Notes: generated by a model from the sequence alone, not told the origin. Counted from the first letter of the stretch, positions 9,455 through 19,277 are shown. The stretch is 64,000 nucleotides of DNA from Acidisarcina polymorpha (GCF_003330725.1 NZ_CP030840.1:5820116-5884115), one strand, 5' to 3'. Made by a program: numbers and translations.

Positions 9455-10044
9455 CTAAGCAGAAGTTTGCGAAAAACAGGAAGTGGATACACACGTGGAA
9501 GAGGTTTGGGCGAAGGTGTCTACGCGTTCAGGCAGGATGTACGAGTTCCCACATACATGGCTAAGTACTCCCTCCTTTGTTTTGCAGGCGCACCCCGCAA
9601 ATAAGGGATGTACCACATGCCTACTGCCGACAGCATCGCGACTGCGCAGTAGATGAACCAGTAATTTAAGACATATCCCGGCTTGGGACGATTCCAGAAG
9701 CGGATCGCAAAGCCTGCGGCGATTCCGGGAAAACACGGCGTTCACGAGCGTCGCGAGCCAGACCTTCCGTTTCCCGATCTGTGCCTGTACCTGAGAGCCG
9801 TAGATCCAGCCTGGAACATCGATCAGATCATGATTGACGATGATCAGGAATTTGCAAAAGTAAGAAGACACGTAAAAAAAGCGGCCATATTCGATTTCCT
9901 CCACTGCGCGCTGATACCTGCTCCGGCAATAAAGCGAACCTCTCCGTAATCTTCCCGTTCGTCGATCCCCTCCATAAACTCGTTGGCGAAATCTCGGCGG
10001 CAGTCAGAAACGAGACGCTGGATAATGCACAAACGTGTACACAA
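9455..10044 (-). pseudogene. Fragmented ORFs with acyltransferase-like segments (IIVNHDLIDVPG); probable gene remnant
   Basis: Two overlapping minus ORFs in different frames (9455..9904 and 9844..10044). No intact long ORF and weak motif content. Confidence 0.3.
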
Positions 10045-10070
10045 ATCCTGCTTGATTTGCTTTTGACACG

Positions 10071-10268
10071 ATGCGCGTATCAGCCCTGCTCCTAGCGTGC
10101 GATGTGACGGACACTCAGACGCTCAGGCAAATGATTGCTAAGACCTCCGCCGACCTCGGAAAGATAACAATCCTGGTCAACAATGCTGCAGAGCTGTATC
10201 GGGCTGGGCGAAAGACCGTTTCAGGAGATTATCGACCACCCTGTACCGCTCGATATGCGCATCCTTAA
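10071..10268 (+). pseudogene. Short-chain dehydrogenase/reductase internal fragment
   Basis: CDVTDTQTLRQMIAKTSADLGKITILVNNAA matches the SDR CDVxD...G-x-IDILVNNAG segment. Only ~65 aa, with neither an N-terminal Rossmann motif nor a catalytic YxxxK. Confidence 0.45.
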
Positions 10269-10386
10269 AGCGATGCGGCGGTCATCTCTCGGTCTTGATG
10301 TGTACATGTGGCTTTGCCGGTTGAGCTTGGCGATCACTAGAGTCCCGCGGCTGGTGCGGCACCGGGCAAGGGCGGCGGTGAGCTGA
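10183..10386 (+). pseudogene. Possible plasmid replication-initiator (RepA/TrfA-like) fragment, antisense to the resolvase remnant
   Basis: PVPLDMRILKAMRRSSLGLDVYMWL resembles the ...SPLALDLYxWL motif of RepA-family initiators, recalled from memory. The fragment is short. Confidence 0.3.
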
Positions 10387-10550
10387 GGCTGGTTAGTGTG
10401 ATTCTTTCCGCTCTCGATCTCCTGGAACTCGCCCAGCAGAGAAGCGCCCTGGATGAACCGCGCCACGGCAGTGCGCTGCGCGTCCAGTGCAAGGCCGCTC
10501 TCACCCTGCCGGTCGGTCGAAACGCGACAGTAGGCGACGAACTCCGGCAT
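10221..10550 (-). mobile_element. Serine recombinase (resolvase/invertase) N-terminal catalytic domain, truncated
   Basis: YCRVSTDRQGESGLALDAQR matches the catalytic YxRVSTxxQ motif, followed by LVIAKL. After that the frame degenerates, and there is no HTH C-terminus. Confidence 0.6.
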
Positions 10551-10740
10551 CTGTCTGCGTTTGTAACGGACGTTCAGTGCTGACAGAACTGGCCGTCAGC
10601 TACTGCTTTGGTGGTGTCAGAGAGTACAGATGATCACCCTCTTACGTTTAGGCGAAATCAAGCTCCATACGTCTCATTGATTTCTCATCCTTCGCTAGAT
10701 ACGACGGCTATAGACGTGCTTACCCTCTACACAGAGGATC

Positions 10741-11400
10741 ATAATGTATAAAGTGCTTCGCGCTTTCACCGTATCTACGGTGATGATTGGCTGTAACTAT
10801 TTTGCGCAGACTGGCCATGCGCAGTCGACACAAGCTCCTTCTGCAATCTACGAAGGGGGAGCAACACCTTAGTTCTTTCGTGGTGCAACCTGCCAGAGCC
10901 AATTCTGACGAGACTGCTGTAGTAGAACAGCCGGCAATCAGCCATCCCCAACCTGAAGGTTCGGCACCTCCCCTTACGAGTGTGTTAACGTACAGCACTT
11001 GATCAGACGACCTCAACAGCGACATTGGTGCGCGAGTACACTGTAAACCGGTCTGCAACAAACAATCTGTATCCAACAACCGACTACAAGGTTCTTGAAG
11101 TAGTCAGTGTTTATGGCTATGGATCGCAGCCAATTGCCAAGCCTGGAGGATCAAGTGGGTCTGTGATTCCGGCAGGTGCACTATTTTAACGGATAGCCTG
11201 TGTGGTTCAAGCTATACGATCTGCACCAACGGAAAGACGATCACGGGCTATCAGTATTGGTATGACATCACAAGCTTGCTCGCTGCTGGCGGTGCTCGCA
11301 CATTTAATCTTCAGTCAACTGGGACCAACAATCCAGGTACGACACTCTCCTCCAGCATCCTTATTCAGCAATAAGGTCGCACCTACAGCACTGCGCTGAG
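10741..11400 (+). pseudogene. Decayed gene for a secreted protein (signal peptide, then frameshifted body)
   Basis: ATG 10741 gives the signal peptide MYKVLRAFTVSTVMIGCNYFAQTGHAQS and a stop after 42 codons. Protein-like segments continue in the other two frames (...GSSYTICTNGKTITGYQYWYDITSLLAAGG...). The region is low-GC. Confidence 0.35.
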
Positions 11401-11422
11401 CGCAAGCATCAAAGGAGTCTCA

Positions 11423-11842
11423 ATGAACATTGCAGGCATAAGCAATGCGAGCGTACTGAGCGACCTCTACGCATCAGGGACGATCGGAAACACCAAAGCG
11501 AGCAGCCCCTTGGATGGCGATGGAGCTACCGTCTCTGAGATCCGTGACAAGGTAGACGGACTTGCCACCAGTGGAAAACTCACAACTCTCCAGCAAGTAG
11601 CTCTCATAGCCTCAGGGTTCCAGGACCTGAACGCCAACGATCCGAGCTATCAACCGACAGGCCAGACAGGTTACACCCGAGCCACCTCCGGAAATATCGA
11701 TTTCACCGGCACGTTACAGAGTATTGGTGATTTCGATGCCGCACATGGAGACCTAACCGATGCGGCAAAATTCACCGGTCTTGCTGACCTCTTCAAACAG
11801 GACAGCGTTTCTAGCTCTAACAGCTTGGATGTAAAAGGCTAA
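11423..11842 (+). CDS. Hypothetical protein (139 aa), G/S/T/D-rich with no signal peptide
   Basis: Clean ORF with a GGAG-like RBS (aaaggag) upstream and no recognisable motifs. Lies in the low-GC remnant region. Confidence 0.4.
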   Translation: MNIAGISNASVLSDLYASGTIGNTKASSPLDGDGATVSEIRDKVDGLATSGKLTTLQQVALIASGFQDLNANDPSYQPTGQTGYTRATSGNIDFTGTLQSIGDFDAAHGDLTDAAKFTGLADLFKQDSVSSSNSLDVKG

Positions 11843-12092
11843 AGGAAGTAGCCGTCGTCGAGGCTGTGGGTTTGTGGGACGCGAGGCGGTATCCGCGTTC
11901 CAGGCGCTTGCGCGTCAAATCCATGGCCTTGCCTCGGGCGTGGTCGGTACCTACTACTTCTTCCAGAGGGATGTCCGCAGGATCGACGGCAGGCTGGACG
12001 CGATTCAGCAGCAGATGACCCCGGCGATTTCGGTTCCAGCGCCGAGTGTTCCAGGCGCGGGAAAGAAGCACCGGTAGTCGCCGGAGACCACG

Positions 12093-12589
12093 TCAGTTGT
12101 CTGGTAAGCTAAGTAGCGCATTCCTGAGTAGAACGACAGTTGCGCCCCCTCCTGTGTTGAATAGCTCACCAAAGAGCTTCGTCGCGCAGCTCTTTGGCCG
12201 GCGGTGATGGCGTCGGCTTGAAGTCCACGGTTGTGACCGGCTTGCCGGCAAGCAACTTAACGCCCTGGATACCATCCGGCGCGCCCCATATTGAAATATT
12301 CGGCGAAGTAGCCAGGGTGAAAAGCCAGTAGCAGGTACTGGCCTGCGGGAAGGGATGAAAAGACGTAAGCTCCGGAAGCATCACTCTGAGCGACCAGGTG
12401 CAGCGTTTTTTGAGTATTCAGGAGGGATACCGCCGTTCCCTGGACGGGGTGACCGGTGTCCGTGAGAAGACGGCCCGAGATTGAACCAGCCTGCCGACCT
12501 AAATTCGATGATTGAAAAGCTAAAGCAGGAGATAAGAGGGCGAAAGAACAGAGCAAGGCTGCAACCCGAATGGAGCAGAGTCTCTTCAC
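12093..12589 (-). pseudogene. TonB-dependent receptor N-terminus (carboxypeptidase-regulatory-like domain), truncated or frameshifted
   Basis: Signal peptide MKRLCSIRVAALLCSFALLSPALA. GSISGRLLTDTGHPVQGTAVSLLN...SDASGAYVFSSLPAGQY matches the CarboxypepD_reg domain common at the N-terminus of Acidobacterial TonB receptors. The ORF stops at 110 aa, with a continuation in other frames (12166..12384, 12093..12275). Confidence 0.55.
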
Positions 12590-12753
12590 CGGCCTTCCAT
12601 GGAATTTTACCTACCCTTTAGGCGAGATTTTTCGCTGACGTCTAATCAGCATACGGATGTCTTCCACTTCAGACCTTGGCGACAGTCTTCACTTGTGATA
12701 CCAGGCAACTCCGGTCAGGGCGAACTCCAGAGCTGCCTCCTAGCAAGCGTCGA

Positions 12754-13662
12754 TTATTTTTTGATTGCCGTACCCTGAGCGACTTGAGCGCCGATACTAT
12801 CCGACTCCAACATATGAACAGCATCCTGGTAGCTCATGTTGACTGGGACTGGCTCGAAGTCGGTCGAGGTTTCGGTGGTCTGGAAGCTGAGTGGCTTGAC
12901 CATCAGGGCGATTCCGGTGAGATTCAGCTTCAACAGCGTAGCTTCCCAATGACGGTGGCCGACGTCCTTCTGCTCGATGCTGAGGCTGCCGCCTTTATAG
13001 AGCTTGCCAAGGATGCCCCAGCCGAAATTCACGTCGGCAATGAGGTGGGCATCGAGTTTGACGATCCGTTCCTGAGCTTGGTCGAGCCAGAGTTCCCCCT
13101 CCATGCCGTGATAAACCTCGGCTTCGCGGTCGGGCGGATTGAAGTTTGGATTCGGTTTGAAACTGAGGCGATGCGCCGGCCCGTTGGGTCCTGGAACGGT
13201 TCCAAGATAGGTATAGAGAAACGCGTCTGGCAGCAGCTTGGTCATCTCATCGGCGCGTCCGCTGTCTTCCTGTTCACGTTTGTGGCGGTGCTCTTGTATC
13301 TCAGGATGCGCGAGCAGGTTATTCAATCGATCGAGCTCAGCCTGGTTCTCCTGCGGGGTGAGCGGCTTGTCGTTCTTGGCAATAAGCCGGGCTACGTCTC
13401 CGTCCTTAGTTTCGACGATCTCCTTGGTCGTGACGCCCTTCTCGTCCTGCTTCCGCAGCTTGTACCGGACTGGGTAGGGCGGAGACGACGGACGGAGCTC
13501 ATTCTGTGACGCGCGGCGAACGAGCGCGGCTGGGTCGCTTGACGCGGCGTTGGGCGCCGACGGCTGAGCAGAGAGAAAAGCGGCAGAGTCTGAAAGCATG
13601 GCCACGACGGCAAAGGCGCTCGCCGCCAGGAGCTGCCGGCGCACTCGAGCGTTGATCATTGT
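12754..13662 (-). CDS. Secreted hypothetical protein (~300 aa)
   Basis: Signal peptide MTMINARVRRQLLAASAFAVVAMLSDSAAFLSA. No motif recognised. Confidence 0.55.
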   Translation of the reverse strand, partial: TMINARVRRQLLAASAFAVVAMLSDSAAFLSAQPSAPNAASSDPAALVRRASQNELRPSSPPYPVRYKLRKQDEKGVTTKEIVETKDGDVARLIAKNDKPLTPQENQAELDRLNNLLAHPEIQEHRHKREQEDSGRADEMTKLLPDAFLYTYLGTVPGPNGPAHRLSFKPNPNFNPPDREAEVYHGMEGELWLDQAQERIVKLDAHLIADVNFGWGILGKLYKGGSLSIEQKDVGHRHWEATLLKLNLTGIALMVKPLSFQTTETSTDFEPVPVNMSYQDAVHMLESDSIGAQVAQGTAIKK

Positions 13663-13855
13663 CATATCTCTCCAGACGTTCCAATAGGGGGGAATGTCAC
13701 TCCCGCCCCATTGCATGATTGTAGTGGGATTTTAATGGGAATATGGGGCTCCCTACTCTGCCAATGCTTCCGGTTGGGCTTGCGGTGGCCTTTGGTCCTT
13801 GCGTATAGTTCGGGGATAACTCCGCGTACATCGAAAGCGGTCAGAGGAGAACGAC

Positions 13856-14302
13856 ATGAGTCCTACGGAGAGCAGTGCTGCGTCGATCGGCAAGTCGGTC
13901 GAGATTCGTGGCGAGGTGAAGGGCAGCGAAGACCTGATCGTCGATGGCCATGTAGAAGGAACAATCACCCTGATCGACAGCAAACTGACGGTGGGGCCCA
14001 CGGCGCGCGTGGATGCCGATGTCTCCGCCCGCGACATTGTCATTCTCGGTACTCTGAACGGCAACGTGACCGCCACGGTCCGCGTCGATCTGAGAAAAGG
14101 GGGGAATCTGACTGGCGATGTTCGAGCAGCCCGGATTTCGATTGAAGACGGTTCTTTGTTCTCCGGCAAGGTAGACTTATCTCAGCAACAAGCTGCTGCT
14201 CCGACGACGTCGGCGAAGAGCGTAGCGTCAGCGGCAACAGCAGTGTCAGCGACGCCGCAGACTGCTTCTGGAGGTCTTTTCACTTCAGGGTCGAAAGCCT
14301 AA
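13856..14302 (+). CDS. Bactofilin (DUF583 polymer-forming cytoskeletal protein)
   Basis: IGKSVEIRGEVKGSEDLIVDGHVEGTITL...LTGDVRAARISIEDGSLFSGKV forms the β-helical bactofilin repeat. The C-terminal tail is A/S/T-rich. Confidence 0.8.
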   Translation: MSPTESSAASIGKSVEIRGEVKGSEDLIVDGHVEGTITLIDSKLTVGPTARVDADVSARDIVILGTLNGNVTATVRVDLRKGGNLTGDVRAARISIEDGSLFSGKVDLSQQQAAAPTTSAKSVASAATAVSATPQTASGGLFTSGSKA

Positions 14303-14457
14303 ATCAAGTGCCCGAATTGAATTTTTTAGCCGGACATAGACTCCGTAGGCTTTGTTTTTCATAGAGAAAACCTGACAAGACCGCTTCGTGTGCCAATAAG
14401 CAGACTTCTCTGGCGCGACGCGAAGCCGGCAGCGGCATTTCAGCGAGGGATAGTCAC

Positions 14458-15126
14458 GTGGCCTTCAAGGCATGGCGCAATATCTTCAACAGGGCATCCA
14501 CCGGCGACTCGCCAGAAGAGCGTGTCACGCTGGTGGGTCCGCGTATCCCGAGGCATTCGACTGGCTGGTCGGCGATGCTTAAGTACCTGCGGGACGAAGA
14601 GTCGCTGCGAGTCCTCGATATTGGGCCGACATCATCATCGAGCATTAACTTCCTGACCGGCCTCGGTCACAGCGTATGCATGGCAGATATCCTCACCGAA
14701 GCCAACCGCAGCGACTGGCAAAATCCGGCTAGCGAAGACGACGTCAGCATAGAGGCGGATGCAGAGACTTTTCTCAACCAGCATCTAGATTTCAACGGAC
14801 GCCTCTTTGATGTAGTGCTGCTATGGACGACCCTCGACTATCTTCCCGAAGCCCTACTAGCCCCAATCGTCCGTCGCCTTTATGCGAGTCTTAAGCCTGG
14901 AGGCCGCATCCTCGCTTTCTTTCACACGAAGACGACTGGCGCAGCCACTGCTTTTTATCGTTACCACCTCACCGATGGCGATGTCGTCGAGATGCAGGAG
15001 GCGGAACGCCATCCGGTACGCCAGGTGCATACAAACCGCAAGATCGAAAAGCTTTTCTCCGATTACGAAGGCTGCAAGTTCTTCCTCGCGAAGGACAATG
15101 TGTACGAGGTGATCGTTACGAGGTAG
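14458..15126 (+). CDS. Class I SAM-dependent methyltransferase
   Basis: Motif I LRVLDIGPTSS and motif post-I VCMADI. LKPGGRIL is motif III. The start is either GTG 14458 or ATG 14575. Confidence 0.7.
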   Translation: MAFKAWRNIFNRASTGDSPEERVTLVGPRIPRHSTGWSAMLKYLRDEESLRVLDIGPTSSSSINFLTGLGHSVCMADILTEANRSDWQNPASEDDVSIEADAETFLNQHLDFNGRLFDVVLLWTTLDYLPEALLAPIVRRLYASLKPGGRILAFFHTKTTGAATAFYRYHLTDGDVVEMQEAERHPVRQVHTNRKIEKLFSDYEGCKFFLAKDNVYEVIVTR

Positions 15127-16249
15127 AGGAGCCGCCGTTAGGACCACTGGATCTTACGGAGAACGGTGTCGTGGTTCTGAGTGGCGGCTTCTTCTCCACC
15201 CATAGCGTCGTCTGCCCGCAGGGACTCGAGGGTGGCTCCCTCCCGACATCTCTGGTCAGTAGAGCATCAGAGCTCCGCGATGCTAGGCCATGCTTCCGAG
15301 TGACTTCATCTACCAGCGCCTCCATCCGTTTCCGGTAAGCATCAGCAACAAAATCTCGCCCATCGAAGCGGAAACGGTAGAGCGATTCGAGGGCAGGGAA
15401 GTGCTTCCGCACAAACGCCAGATAGGTCTCGCGGGAACACGGCTTGAGAAAGAGCGGCTGAGCGGCAAAGAAGCTGGCCCCGGCATCCTTAGCCCGGCTC
15501 GCCATCGAGTCGATGGCCTCAAGGCTGTCGGTAATGCCGGGCAGCAATGGGGAGCAGAGAATGCCAGTACGGAGGCCTGCCTGACGCAGCCTGGCTACCG
15601 TGCGCAAGCGAAGATCAGGGCGTGGAGCGCGAGGCTCCAGAATACGCGCCAGCTTCGCGTCCGGAGTGGTGATGGTTAGGTGAATTACCAGTTCGTTATG
15701 CTCTGCGATCCTCTCGAACAGATCGATGTCTCGGGTGATCAGCGTCGACTTGGTGACGATGCCGATCCGAAGCCGGCGTCGCTGTGCAAAAACCTCCAGC
15801 AGACTGCGTGTGACCTTCGCCTTCCGCTCCACGGGCTGGTAGGGATCGGTCGCCGTTCCGATGGCGATCTCCTCCCCTCCTCGAAGCTGGCGGAGTTCCT
15901 GTTGCAGCAGCCAGGCCGCATTCTGCTTCACAAAGATCTTCTGCTCGAAATCTTCCGGCTGACGGAGCTCCATGTACTCATGGGTGTAGCGCGCGTAGCA
16001 ATAACGACAGGCAAATTCGCAACCACGATAGGGGTTGATGCTTTTCGAGAACGAGAGGCGACGGCGCGAGACGGAATTATTCAGGATCGATCGAACTTTG
16101 AGACTACGAAATTCAACTTCGTGCCCATGGTCGACCTTGGAACTCGAAGCCGCCAATCTGGCGATCCCCTTAGGGCTCAATCGGCAGTCTGCGGCCGGTT
16201 GGTCGAGGATCGGGAATAGAGAAGGGGAAGCTATTAGGGTGTTCGCCAT
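15116..16249 (-). CDS. Radical SAM protein, spore-photoproduct-lyase-like (SPL/'DNA repair photolyase') family
   Basis: INPYRGCEFACRYCYAR carries the CxxxCxxC cluster in the SPL-family context. The start is taken at MANTLIASP. Confidence 0.75.
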   Translation of the reverse strand: MANTLIASPSLFPILDQPAADCRLSPKGIARLAASSSKVDHGHEVEFRSLKVRSILNNSVSRRRLSFSKSINPYRGCEFACRYCYARYTHEYMELRQPEDFEQKIFVKQNAAWLLQQELRQLRGGEEIAIGTATDPYQPVERKAKVTRSLLEVFAQRRRLRIGIVTKSTLITRDIDLFERIAEHNELVIHLTITTPDAKLARILEPRAPRPDLRLRTVARLRQAGLRTGILCSPLLPGITDSLEAIDSMASRAKDAGASFFAAQPLFLKPCSRETYLAFVRKHFPALESLYRFRFDGRDFVADAYRKRMEALVDEVTRKHGLASRSSDALLTRDVGREPPSSPCGQTTLWVEKKPPLRTTTPFSVRSSGPNGGSSTS

Positions 16250-16387
16250 TTGTTCGCCTTTATGCAAACCATAGTCCCGTGTAACCCTGCGGTCAAGTGA
16301 TAAATTGCCGCTATCTTTCCAATCTCAGGACAGGCGTTTAGCGCCCTTCCTCCAAAGACGCTGCCGGATCGCCGATACTGGGAGAAG

Positions 16388-17686
16388 ATGCCTAACGGCT
16401 CCAAGCGAATCGTCCTGGCGACCATCGGATCCCTGGGTGACCTGCATCCCTGCCTCGCGCTTGCGCTCGCGCTGCGGGAGCGCGGCCACCGGCCTTTGAT
16501 TGCAAGCACTGAGGCTTACCGATCGAAGGTGGAAGCTCTAGGGCTGCAGTTCCATGTCATTCGGCCGGACATTGCGGTTCGCGACCCGGCCCTGATGGGT
16601 CCACTGATGGACATGCGTAGAGGCCCCGAGGTACTGCTTCGAAGACTTATTCTGCCTGTGATTCGAGACACATACGAGGACCTCATCGAGGCAGTCACGG
16701 GAGCCGATCTGTTGATTGCCGGGGAAATTGTCTTCGCTGCTCCCTTGGTGGCCGAGAAGCTCCGGATGCGGTGGGTTTCCGCCATTCTCTCGCCTTTCTC
16801 CTTTTTCTCGTCCCTGGATCCTCCGGTATTTCCGCTAGCCCCGTCACTCGATCTTCTCTACCGCGCAAGTCCCCTGGTGCACAAGGCTTTGTTGAAGACG
16901 GCCCAGCTCGCGACGCTTTCCTGGTGGAAGCCGGTGCGGAAGCTGCGCCGCGAGCTTGGCCTTCGTCCAGGACGCAATCCGATCTTTTATGACAAGTTTT
17001 CGCCGAACCTGACGCTCGCGCTGTTCTCGTCGGAGATCGCTCGTCCGCAGGACGACTGGCCGCCTAACACCATCCAGCCTGGCTATGTCTATTACGACGA
17101 CGCCGAGGCGCAGAGTGGGCTTCCTGCTGAGCTGTCCGCTTTTCTTGATGCCGGCCGACCGCCGATCGTGTTTACGCTGGGTTCGTCGGCTGTCCACGAA
17201 CCACGCGGCTTCTTTGAAGAGAGCGCCGCAGCGGCCGCGATCGTGAAGAGGCGCGCCGTGTTCCTGATTGCCGATAACCCACCACCCCCGAGAGCTTCTT
17301 CGGAGATGATTGCGGTTCCTTACGCGTCGTTCTCGAATCTCTTCCCGCATGCTGCCGCCATCGTGCACCAAGGCGGCAGCGGCACGACTGCCCAGGCCCT
17401 ACGAGCCGGACGACCATCCCTGATCATGCCTTGCGGCTTCGATCAACCGGACAACGCCGCACGAGTGCAGAGGATGGGAGCCGGGCTGACCTTGTCGAGG
17501 AACCGCTATACCGCCAGCAATGCAGCGAAGGTTCTCGAAAAATTGTTAGATGATCCGCAATATTCGAGCAAAGCGGAGCAGATCGGCGACCGGTTACGAG
17601 CAGAGAACGGTATCGGCCACGCCTGCGACGCGATCGAAGCACTGTTCATGAGAGATGCCGCAATCGAAAGCAACCCTTCTAACTGA
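16388..17686 (+). CDS. GT1-family UDP-glycosyltransferase (MGT/UGT-like)
   Basis: N-terminal IVLATIGSLGDLHPCLALALAL. The C-terminal HQGGSGTTAQALRAGRPSLIMPCGFDQPDNAARV is the GT-B donor-binding signature. Confidence 0.8.
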   Translation: MPNGSKRIVLATIGSLGDLHPCLALALALRERGHRPLIASTEAYRSKVEALGLQFHVIRPDIAVRDPALMGPLMDMRRGPEVLLRRLILPVIRDTYEDLIEAVTGADLLIAGEIVFAAPLVAEKLRMRWVSAILSPFSFFSSLDPPVFPLAPSLDLLYRASPLVHKALLKTAQLATLSWWKPVRKLRRELGLRPGRNPIFYDKFSPNLTLALFSSEIARPQDDWPPNTIQPGYVYYDDAEAQSGLPAELSAFLDAGRPPIVFTLGSSAVHEPRGFFEESAAAAAIVKRRAVFLIADNPPPPRASSEMIAVPYASFSNLFPHAAAIVHQGGSGTTAQALRAGRPSLIMPCGFDQPDNAARVQRMGAGLTLSRNRYTASNAAKVLEKLLDDPQYSSKAEQIGDRLRAENGIGHACDAIEALFMRDAAIESNPSN

Positions 17687-17735
17687 AGGTTCACTCCGAA
17701 GCGACAACCTCCCGCCGCATCTGAAGCCGGCTTTC

Positions 17736-17771
17736 CTAGCGCCTTTCCAAGCTTTTCTAGCGCCTTTCCAA
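17736..17771. repeat. Tandem direct repeat, 2 x CTAGCGCCTTTCCAA, with a 6-nt spacer
   Basis: Seen directly between the convergent GT1 (ends 17686) and P450 (ends 17757). Confidence 0.4.
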
Positions 17772-19277
17772 AACCAGCGGAACCCCGTGCTTCGGACGCA
17801 GACTGATCAACGGACTCATCGGCAGTTCTTCCGGCAGGCCTGGTGCCGGACGCACTCGCCAGTTGCGGAGAATCGTGGCGAGTACAAAGACCCCTTCCAT
17901 CCATGCCAGTCCTTCGCCGATGCATTGGCGGGAACCGGCCCCAAACGGGTAATAGGCGAACTTTGGCCGGACGGGCCGGCCCTCTGACGATCGGTTCTCC
18001 TCGGCAAAACGCCGCGGGTCGAACTTTTCCGGATTTGGCCAGAAACGCGGGTCGCGTTGCACAACTATCTGCGGAGCAATGAAGATCGCGCCAGCCGGCA
18101 TGGTGAACCCGCGAAAGTCGTAAGGCTCGGGGCCGCAGCTGCGTCCGATCACCCAGACTGGCGGGTAGAGGCGCATCGTCTCCGCGAACGCCATGTAGGT
18201 GTAGCGAAGCCGCGGGAAATCATCCGCGACTGGTGCGCGAGCACCGAGAACCCGGACCGCCTCTTGGTGCACCTCTTCCTGCGCTTCGGGATGTTTGGCG
18301 AGCATCCACAGGGCGAAACTCAGGCCGTTAGCGGTCGTCTCATGCCCCGCCAACATCACCGTGAGGCATTCGTCACGAACCTGCTTGTCAGTCATGTGCG
18401 CCGCTGGTTTTTGAGCCGCGGGGCTATCCTGGAGCGCTTCGGGGTTCTCCTCAACGTCGGTCGCCTCGAGCAGCATGGAGAGCAGGTCGCCGCGATCGCC
18501 CGGGGACTTGCGCCGCTCGGCGATCATGCCGTAGATGATGGCATCCAGATCGACGCCGCCCTTACGGATCTTCTCCATAGGCCCGAAGGGGAGCTTCTCG
18601 ATCTGCTTGGAGAAGGGCAGAAAGACAAGCGGCAGAAAGCCCATGAAGGCGTCAACTGCGGCAGCGATTTTCTTGACTTCGGCTTGTGCGTCGGTATCGA
18701 AGAGGCACTTGCCGACGATGCGTAGAGCAAGCAATAGCATCTCCGGATGGAGGTCGAGCGGACCGGGCTGCCAACGGTCGATCATCTCCGCAGAGTACTG
18801 CGAGATGACCTCGCCATAGGCGGCGATCCGCTGGCGGTGAAAGGCTGGAGCGGCCATGCGGCGCTGGCGCATATGCAGAGGTTCTTCGCTGGTCAGCAGG
18901 CCATCGCCAAGAATGAAGCGCGATCGCTGCATGACGATTCCCCGGCGGTTGCGCGGTTCGTCATTGACAAGTAATTCCTGGATCAACTCGGGATGATTAA
19001 ACTGAAAGATCTTGCGATTGCCGGCGCCGTAGTGCACCAGGTCGCCGTAACGCTTTGCGTTGTCCGTCAGAAAGTCGATGGTGCTCTGCCTAAACATCTT
19101 GCCGCTCAGCAACCGCGGCAGGAAAGGAGGGCCGGGCGGATTCCGCGATCCAGGTCTCGTGCGAATGTCGGGTTCAGTGTTCACTGGCTTTATAGTAAGC
19201 TGCGGCGAAGCGGGCGAATTGATGGGGTGAACGGGGCGGAATTCGTTCTCACCTCCGTGTGATCCAAGCTCGTTCAC
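17757..19277 (-). CDS. Cytochrome P450
   Basis: PPGPPFLP hinge, AGHETTAN I-helix, ETMRLYPP (ExxR), and heme loop FGAGSRQCIGEGLA. Confidence 0.85.
   Translation of the reverse strand: MNELGSHGGENEFRPVHPINSPASPQLTIKPVNTEPDIRTRPGSRNPPGPPFLPRLLSGKMFRQSTIDFLTDNAKRYGDLVHYGAGNRKIFQFNHPELIQELLVNDEPRNRRGIVMQRSRFILGDGLLTSEEPLHMRQRRMAAPAFHRQRIAAYGEVISQYSAEMIDRWQPGPLDLHPEMLLLALRIVGKCLFDTDAQAEVKKIAAAVDAFMGFLPLVFLPFSKQIEKLPFGPMEKIRKGGVDLDAIIYGMIAERRKSPGDRGDLLSMLLEATDVEENPEALQDSPAAQKPAAHMTDKQVRDECLTVMLAGHETTANGLSFALWMLAKHPEAQEEVHQEAVRVLGARAPVADDFPRLRYTYMAFAETMRLYPPVWVIGRSCGPEPYDFRGFTMPAGAIFIAPQIVVQRDPRFWPNPEKFDPRRFAEENRSSEGRPVRPKFAYYPFGAGSRQCIGEGLAWMEGVFVLATILRNWRVRPAPGLPEELPMSPLISLRPKHGVPLVLERR

Noticed and set aside
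12676-13509. 277-aa + strand ORF
   Set aside because: It is antisense to the better-supported secreted protein (12754..13662, signal peptide present). The ORF is typical high-GC antisense with no motifs.
15680-16219. 179-aa + strand ORF
   Set aside because: Antisense to the radical SAM gene.
18057-18725. 222-aa + strand ORF
   Set aside because: Antisense to the P450 gene.
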